Below are positions 54,521 through 64,000 of a DNA stretch of 64,000 nucleotides, one piece after another (the first letter of the stretch is position 1; every line of letters starts with the position of its first letter). The stretch is taken from the NCBI GenBank assembly GCA_951406725.2, contig OX597823.1:59954001-60018000 (forward strand), in the 5' to 3' direction. Under the pieces are notes generated by a model. It saw only the letters and a program-made list of their open reading frames with translations. It was not told where the DNA came from and searched no databases. This DNA is from Octopus vulgaris. Its lineage: Eukaryota. Position numbers and translations under genes: made by a program.

Positions 54521-54718
54521 GTCACTTTCAAAATTAACTGAAACTAAGGCAGTATATTTTAACAAAAATAAAACAACAAAACAGTTAAATAATATCAAAC
54601 GTAACTTATTCTGCTAAAAATATTATTCTACCAGAGCCATCACACTGTTTATCTTAACATTTCAAGAGAAGACAATACTCTTATTTGGAATATAGCTATA
54701 TGGTAATGCAAGAATCGT

Positions 54719-54966
54719 GGAGGCACATGGCTTAGTGGTTAGGGTGTCAGCATCGTGATTGTAAGGTTGTGGTTTCGATTCCTGGACCGGGCGACGCATT
54801 GTGTTCTCGAGCAAAACACTTCATTTCACGTTGCTCCAGTCCATTCAGCTGAAAAAAATTAATAATTCTGTTATGGACTAGCATCCCATTCAGCTGGGGA
54901 ACACATACGCCATTGAAAATAGGAAAACTGGGCCCACGAGCCTGGCTAGGCTTTAAATGGGCGCAG
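54719..54966 (+). mobile_element. tRNA SINE, middle A + tail Y (followed by another SINE head 54968-55050)
   Basis: cacttcatttcacgttgctccagtcca middle; gcatcccattcagctggggaac tail. Confidence 0.8.
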
Positions 54967-57031
54967 TGGAGGCGCAATGGCCCAGTGGTTATGGCAGCAG
55001 ACTTATGATCGGAGGATTGCAGTTTCGATTCCCAGACCAGGCGTTGTATGTGTTTTTTTTTTTTTGTATGGGTTTAGGTAAAGGGATGCTGATGATGACA
55101 ACGATGATTATGATGATGATGATGATGACAATGACGATGATGAAGAGGAAGTGAGATCTCTATTAAAACATTTCCTTTCGCCAAACTAAACGCTTCAGTT
55201 ATCACTTCTCTATTTACACGACTTTGCCCATTTTCAGGTGTTTATATCTAAACCCTCATGACAGAAAAGAATCATGATGTCCCAGATTTATATGTGTACA
55301 AAGAGCTTGATATGTTGGTACAAAGTGATTTCCATTACGTTCAACAAACGTAATTCGAATCAACATCTCTTTTTAGATTCTATTAGTTTCAAGGTTTATA
55401 AGCGGTGCATGAACAAACAAGTTGTTAATACCATGCAATCCAATCTAACCCCAAAGATATCTTGCAACATGCCTTATTATCTATTACGGGGAATATAGTT
55501 CCACCTGAGAATCTTTTAGCTGACCAACAATCTCGTTAGCTCAAGTAGATTAACGTTTATATATATATATATTCCATTACATTTAATGCTAAATTAGATA
55601 TCCTTTGTTTTGTATGTCTATTGGATCATCTACATGATGATGATAATGATGATGATGCTGATGCTGATGATGATGATTTCTTTATCAAAATAATAATGCT
55701 TCTTGTTCTATATTATCGCCAGTACAAAAGAATAAGCTTCATCATATTTAGTAGTGACAACAAAATAGTAAGACATTTCAGTCAACAAGGATTCAAGGCA
55801 TATAATAAATAGTATTAAATGGACTCTGAACTGTTTTTCCTGGATAGCTTCAGGCTGATGTCTATAACATTGGCTGCAGCTAACTGAAGATAATGGTTAA
55901 ACAGCGTAACAAAAGTATGTGGTGAAGATCTGCCATTATAATTGTCTAAATAGCGTCGACAGAGAATGTATCTTTTACACTTCTACTTCATCAACAATAC
56001 CTTACACCAAATACGTATTTCTCGAGAGTTCGAATGCCCTCTCCATATTACAACCAATTTAAAACGGAAAAAGATTGCTTTTCAAAATGCATTATAGTTA
56101 ATCATCTTTTACTTATCAATGACTTGCAGAATACTTTTGATCTGAGCCTTGCCACACGTTGCTGGTTTCAGGCTATTTTATTTGACTCTTCTTGTCAATC
56201 TGTCCGTGATTCTGTCAAACCCAGAACCTATCAGCACCATACGCTTCCTTTGTTTACCTGTTATCAGTTCATACTCGATGGTCTACTTTACAATGACAAA
56301 GAAATTTTATGGAGATAAAAGTTTGGAGGAGGGAACATAGTGTTTCTAAGAGATCATCTTGTTTAAGTTTTTCATCTTACAGAATATGGTAAACTTACCA
56401 CATACACACACACACACACACATTCATGCAAACATGTTACATACATACATATATATATATGTGTATATAAGTGTTTGTGTGTGAGTGTGAGCATATGTAT
56501 ATGTATATGTATATTTATATGCATACATATCTGTATCTATCTATCAAAATATGTGTGTGGGTGGTACATATATAAAGATACACACACACACGCACATGTA
56601 TACAGAGAATCTCACATACACACATACACACACATGGTACAGAGCAAAAAATGCACAAAATAAGATGGGATATTTTCATCATCAAAATTATTAGTGTATA
56701 TATATATATACATATGCCTGTGTATATGAGTATGTTTACATAGGTATATGTATATATGTGTGCATTTGTGTGTGTATTCGTGTGTGTGCGTGTGTGTGTT
56801 TATCTATATACCCATCTATCTTTATATATATGCATGTATATATTTTTTTACATACACATATTAGAAGAGGCTGAAACACCTACAGAGATGCATCATTGCC
56901 TGATAAGGAATCATTTTGTATATTTGGAGATGGAGGACAGCAGTACCCTCAACATGCAAATGTTTTACCCTCATTGTAATATATCCTGCATACGTACATA
57001 CATATATATATACATACATACATATGTATAT

Positions 57032-57117
<86 letters not shown>

Positions 57118-57119
<2 letters not shown>

Positions 57120-57407
57120 AGGCACATGGCCTAGTGGTTAGAGCAGTGGACTCGAGGTTGAGGGATCGTGGGTTCGAATCTCAGACTGAGCAATGTGTGC
57201 GTTTATGATTGAAATACCTAAGCTCCAACAGAAGGTAATGGCAAAACTTCTGCTGACTCTTTCTCCACAACTTTCTTTCACTCTTTCCTCCTGCATCTTG
57301 CAGCTCACCTGCAACGGATCGGCATCCCATCCAGGTGGAGAACCTATATGCCAAGGAAACCAGGAAACAGGCCCTATGAGCCAGGCATGGCTAGAGAAGG
57401 AAAAAAC

Positions 57408-57420
<13 letters not shown>
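57118..57420 (+). mobile_element. tRNA SINE, middle B + tail Y
   Basis: acctaagctcca..actctttctccacaactttct middle; gcatcccatccaggtggagaac tail; (AAC)n end. Confidence 0.8.
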
Positions 57421-57483
<63 letters not shown>

Positions 57484-57493
57484 GAGAGGGCTT

Positions 57494-57580
<87 letters not shown>

Positions 57581-58789
57581 TGCCCTTAACAATGAACATT
57601 GCAACATTACTGTTTTTTTTTCCCTCTGTACTTGGACATTAAAAATCTAATATTCTAAACTTTACCCTTATATCCAAATTAATTCCATGTAAATATATTG
57701 TCTCAGAGCCAAGTCAAGAAAATTACTGTTTTAACACCATCATTGAGTCAGTTGGGTTTTTTTCATTTTTACATCAAAAAATTATTTACAGAAGAGGATC
57801 TGTCCAGCATAATTATTCTGAAGGGAAAATTTTGTGCATGCAATTCAGAGAGTTAAAAAGGTGATATAGATCTGTTCATATAACTGATAAAATCATAGAA
57901 GCACACTAGATATGGTTTCTTTGGTGGTTGGGGTTCCCCCACCACCACCATTTTCCTCCAGTATTAAAACAATATTTTAATTCTCCGAAAACATAAAGAA
58001 GTGGTTGTCAAAAGTTTAGTTATACACAAAAATAAGATAAATCTCTTTAAGTCACATCAAGATTTCTGACTGCGTTATTAAGTTAAGGCTTAAAGTTATC
58101 CACAAATTTTTGTTTGCATGTTGTTCCAGAGACAATTTTCGCTGTAGAAACAATGCTTTTTTATTGAATATTTATCCAATGTTTCATTTATAACAGTTAG
58201 AAGGTGTGAACTTTCACAAATATAAATAATGATAGATTTTTAAAAAAAAACTTCATGCAGATATGAAGTTGGATATTCGTTTTTTAATATTTTATTAAAT
58301 CCTATTAAAAGTTTTCTAAACAATATTTATTTATCATTACTTTCACTAATTTCTCATTATCAAATATAAATAGTTAAATCAAATACAAGAATTATATATA
58401 TATGTATATATTTTTTGTTGTTGTTTAACTGAAGATCTTTTTTTAAATATCTCTGGTTTCAGTTTATGAAAACACAGCATCATCATATTAATAGCCCTAG
58501 CAGATTTATAAACAATTCTAGTAAATTGATCAAGTGATTTATTTTTTTATTAGCTTCTTTTTCTTTCTTTTTTTTTTATTTTTGTTTTACTGTCATAATA
58601 TGTGTTGGCAGCATGTCTATGGTAGCAAATTTTAAAATGTTCTCTTTATTAACATTTTCCAAAATAATCAAATAAAATGTTAATAATTCACTGTTGAAAA
58701 CATAGAAAATTGGCAGTAATTTTTCTAGCTTTGGAATTATATTTCATCGTTTTGTAATCACACTTATTATATAGCTACTTACTAGTATC

Positions 58790-58828
<39 letters not shown>

Positions 58829-58870
58829 TACATACATTTATATATAAATATGCATACATATATACTTATA

Positions 58871-58924
<54 letters not shown>

Positions 58925-59327
58925 TAGATATGTACATACATATGTATGTATTGTATGTATATATATATCTATGTGTGTGTGTGTGCATGCATGCCTGTGT
59001 ATGTGCATGCATGCGTGTGTGTGTGTATGTATGTTCATGTAAACTTATTGAATTTGTGTCTAGACATAGGGAAATGGTTAGCTATTTCTTTATTCACTTC
59101 TTGCTAGTATGTCATTTCTTATTTACTCGCACATTCACATTTCATTATTTTTCTCTTACTTCTAGTATTACCATTCTTCTGAATACATATTTTTCCATTC
59201 TACCAGAACCAAAAGTCATTTTCTAAAATTCCTCCCAAAAAGAAAAGAATGAATTAAATTATCTCTTACAAGATTCTGAAGATTCTACAACACATATATA
59301 CATATACACACAAAGCAACTTTTATAC

Positions 59328-59388
<61 letters not shown>

Positions 59389-59509
59389 CATAGATACACA
59401 CATATATATACATGTATACATATATATATTCATATATATGTACGTATACGCATGTATGTATGTACATATATATACATATATGTATATGTATGTATATACA
59501 TATATATAC

Positions 59510-59558
<49 letters not shown>

Positions 59559-59614
59559 CATACATACATACATACATACATACATACATACATACATACA
59601 TGTACATATAAATA

Positions 59615-59699
<85 letters not shown>

Positions 59700-60115
59700 T
59701 ATGTATGTATATATACAAACCATCAGCTTCCTTTTGAATAGAATGGTTGTAACCCCTAGCTCTGATTTTCCTAGCATAATTTCATATAATCTAAATGAAT
59801 TTTGCCATAAAATTTTAGTTAGTTGGTAGACTTTCAGCTATTTCATTTTATTGCTTCTATTCAGTATTAAAGATTTGTATATACTTTCGGTTTTCTTTCC
59901 TTCTTCTTTATGTTTTATTTTCCTTCTTTTGTTCTACTCATTCAAACCACTGATTGGGCCATCATTTATTTTAGACAGCATTATTTCTAATATTCATGAT
60001 TTCAATTCCTTCCAATGCGAAGATTGATGAATAACAGAGCAACAACTTAAGGCAAGGAGATGTTAGTGAGCAACATGTATATTATATGTATTCTTGTATA
60101 AACTTATGTACATAC

Positions 60116-60247
<132 letters not shown>

Positions 60248-60559
60248 ATATGTATATATATATATATTAATTATATATAGAAATTAGGAGCAGCTCAAGG
60301 TATATAAATAAAATCAAACACACATAAAAAAGGTATATGTGTTGTTAGTTCGTGGGTTGGCAGTGGTTTTTAGACATATGCACCTGGTGTAAATAACACC
60401 TGAAAGTAAGTCATCGTCAAGTGAGATAATTCACATAGCTCCCTTCTTGGAGCAACAGTCATCAATGTTTCATCATTGTTGTGATTTATCAATGCCATGT
60501 ACCAAACAAGGCCTGCCCCGAGCCATATCATCGACTATGATTGTATGCTAAATGGCTTG

Positions 60560-61530
60560 AACACTACTTGCTGGCTTGTTCCAATGTTTCATGCCATGGA
60601 AAAACGTCAAATATGAATGCTTAGACAATTTCATGCTGAGATGGAAGTGAGAGTTAATGTTGGGTGTACCCTATCAGAGCCAATTTTTGCAGAAAATGGT
60701 GTAAAACAGGGTAATATTCCTGCTTCTACCTCGTTTGCTCTGTATTTTACAATAGTCTTTTGAAATTTCCATCAAAGATTGTGCTGAGGGGGTCTCTATA
60801 AGATATAGGACAGCAGGAAAACTTTTCAACCTCAAAAGGCTTTGTGTCATAACAAAAGTTCTTCTTTCTCACATCACTGAATTCTTGTATGCAGATGATC
60901 GTGACCTGTTAGCACATTACCAAGAAGATACAGCATTGGGCCTTACAATTAACTTGAATAAAACTATTTTGATGTACCAGCATGCTCCCTCTAAGCTTTA
61001 TATGAAAACTACTGTAACTGAATATGGACAAAGGTTAGCATTTGTAACCAAATATATATATTTAGGAAGTACTCTGAGCACTACTAGTCTTGGTAATGAA
61101 ATTTCATAAAGAATCAGCAAAGCTACGGATGCCTTTGGTAGTCTTGACAAGCATCTCTGGTTATGCCATGGTATATCTAACCAAACTAAAGTTAGGGTTT
61201 ATAACACATGTGTTCTACCATCATTGTTCTATGGAAGTTAGACATGGGTTATTTATTGTAAGCATTTGAAGCATTGAGAATGATTCCATCAACATTATCT
61301 TCAGAAAAGTTTTGGAATAAACTGGAGAATGGCAATCAGTGATGTAGAGTTGCTTTAGAGAATTTGTAGTAGGAGTGTATAATCGATCATTCCACAAAGT
61401 CGTATGAGGTGGGGTGGGCATCTGGTGATAAAAAGCTTTGAAAGCAACTTTGGTATGGTGAACTAGAAGATCGTGAAAAACCAACACTTAAATCCAAAAT
61501 GAGGTTCAAAGACTGCCTTAAAACTGCTTA
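60560..61530 (+). mobile_element. RTE-clade LINE reverse transcriptase, decayed
   Basis: NGVKQGNIPASTSF, IRYRTAGKLFNLKR, FLYADDRDLLAH, LGLTINLNKT, YLGSTLS. Confidence 0.88.
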
Positions 61531-61713
61531 GACACAAAAGACTTCATACTGTGGTACTGGTTTCTTCTGCCAGCCAGCACAGCTGCAAAGGGATTTCACA
61601 TTGCATTATCAATGACTCATTTCAATAATTCTTTCTAGCAATGGTTTTGCTTGTATACAAGAAATCAGCCACTATGTGTTTGTGTGTATGTATAGGTACA
61701 TGCACACACACGC

Positions 61714-61749
<36 letters not shown>

Positions 61750-61841
61750 CGTATTTCGAGCATTTCACAACAAAATGCATTTTCGACATAAAAGTTGGTT
61801 CCGCAAAGCAAATTAAATAAAATTTGGGATTTTGCGGAGGG

Positions 61842-61878
<37 letters not shown>

Positions 61879-61971
61879 ATAATGTTAATTTTTATGTTCA
61901 CTTATAATAAATTGAATTACATTCATTTGATGGGTTACTCTATACTTTTGTAGAGTACAAATCTATTATTC

Positions 61972-62064
61972 TTAAACAAGAATACTGTTGACAGTGGGTC
62001 TAAAGTTTCAGTCAGCTTAGCTGCCTGAAGCTTCAAAGTCACTGTCAACAACATTCTTGTTTAA
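61972..62064. repeat. 93-nt fold-back palindrome bounded by TTAA
   Basis: ttaaacaagaat..tgttgacagtg..ttcag / ctgaa..cactgtcaaca..attcttgtttaa. Confidence 0.75.
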
Positions 62065-63442
62065 TCAGTTGATTAATTAATTTACTTATTTTATATAGCA
62101 ATTGGTGAACAGTAGTGGCACCATTAGTCCCCAATAGACCAACCATTTGTCTGCGATAGTGTGAGTGACAGGGGAGTGTATTGAACTCAGTGCAGAAGAA
62201 ACACTACAAGTCATTATTTTTATTTTCTTGACAATATCCAAATCCTTCACTGATAAGTAATAAACATATATGTGTGTGTGTGTGTGTAAGTGCATGTGTG
62301 TGTGTGTGTGTGTGTGTGTGTATTTCTTCTGAATCAAAGTGTTTAGAAACAATTTAAAAAATCCTCTGATGTTTTCACTAAACTGAAACTAGCATCCAGA
62401 GTCAATAGTAAACTATAAACTATGTAATACTGATTCTATTATATGAAAAGTCATAAATACACACAGCACAAACCACTTGATGGTGCTATAAAGGAGTTTT
62501 ATTGTCTCATCAATCAGCGTTATAATAACGAGCTCGAATAATTACTTGGATGAAACATTATTGTATTATTAACTCCTATGAAATGAGTGTTGGTGATAAA
62601 ACCGATTTACATTCCTTTTGAGGTCAGGCTCTGCCAAGAGAATTTGAACTTATTACCTCCAGGCACTGAAATGTAGCAAACAAGAAAAAAAAGAAAAAAA
62701 AAATCAATGAATTTATTACATGCTATGTCTGGTAATCCACAGAGAGAAGGGAGGGTGAGAAACTTGAGTAATTACATATTTCATATAATATCCAATTTAA
62801 TTTCAATTTATATGTGTATGTGTGTATGTGTGTATAATTCCAAGCTCTCACTCCTCTATGATATGATATTTGTTAATGACAGTCATATAACAATAGACAT
62901 TGCATATAAATAGATTACTACTTTAACATTAATTACTGTTATTGTTCATAACAGCTAATATTACCATCTATAGCTTCTATATTTATTTATCTATTTATTT
63001 CATTTAGCAATTGGTGAACAATAGTGGCACCATTAGTTCCCAATGGACCAATCATTACTTTGTGATAGAGTGAGTGGCGAGGGAGTGTTTTGTACTCAGT
63101 GCAGAAGAAACATCACAAGTAATTCTTTTCATTTTCTTGTCAATATCCAAATCTCTCACTGATAAACTGTAATCTTTTGGTGAAGTTGCACACATATAAA
63201 CATTCATGCATACATGCATACAGACACATACACATGCATGCACACATGCACACACCACACACACACACACGCACACATGCACACATTACTCAAAGTATAC
63301 AGTATTATAGATTCATTTCAGCAAATCTTACCAATAGGTTTTGCACTGGGTGTCAAATAACTGAACATTAGATAACAGTATAGTTAAATAATGCCATGTG
63401 CTCTTCAGAGACGAATAGCATGGAGAAAATATATGGCATATA

Positions 63443-63478
<36 letters not shown>

Positions 63479-64000
63479 TGTATAAATATATATGTAATTT
63501 AAAAATAGGATAAATTCTTTATAAGAATTTATCAAGTAGTTAGCGTGAAAAACCTCATAAGAGAAAAAAATCTACCAATTTTTTCACTTAAATATATTTA
63601 TTTATATTATATAGAGAGCATTACTATACGTAAATGCCACACGCTAGGAGTGACTCTTAAAGTCAAAACTACCAAAATAAATAAACACATCGTACTGAAT
63701 GCAACTCTTGAAGCAAGCCATTTAAAAACAGAATTTAGCAGCAGATCACCGTGATTTCATCAGTAGTGCAGTAATGCACTTATTAATCATCATTGCAAGC
63801 ATAATTCAAGATTTATAACGAATGAACAAAATCAACATACCAGACGAACAACCAATGTATCCAAATTGTAGTAGATATAATATTCATTGTGGACGTACAG
63901 TTGTCATTTTTACTCAAATAATTAAAGGTACATTCTTTATTACGAATTTGGTTCAATTTCTTCTTGGCAATAGCTACTACATTATTGGTGAAGTTTAGTA

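Overview
Very AT-rich, microsatellite-saturated eukaryotic DNA. The repeat repertoire (tRNA-headed SINEs with Meta- and Nin-like middles, RTE, CR1, R4/Dong, Penelope-like elements, long (TA)n runs) points to an octopus/coleoid genome; that assignment is my inference. I recognise no intact host gene, and almost all ORFs in the track are microsatellite read-throughs or decayed transposon frames. Identifiable relics: three mariner copies, an internally deleted Ty3/gypsy element, R4/Dong pieces, three Penelope-like (Naiad-type) fragments, a CR1 3' end, two RTE fragments, a Helitron helicase fragment, a Chapaev3 5' end, a piggyBac-type MITE and many SINEs. The most interesting signal is a set of short cassettes in or beside (TA)n tracts that carry type I minimal hammerhead-ribozyme folds. 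The best (44669-44706) differs from the consensus core at one base and has an adjacent antisense fold-back. Also notable: a 637-bp palindrome, a pre-miRNA-like hairpin, and SINEs showing all four combinations of two middles and two tails. All coordinates and alignments were read by eye.
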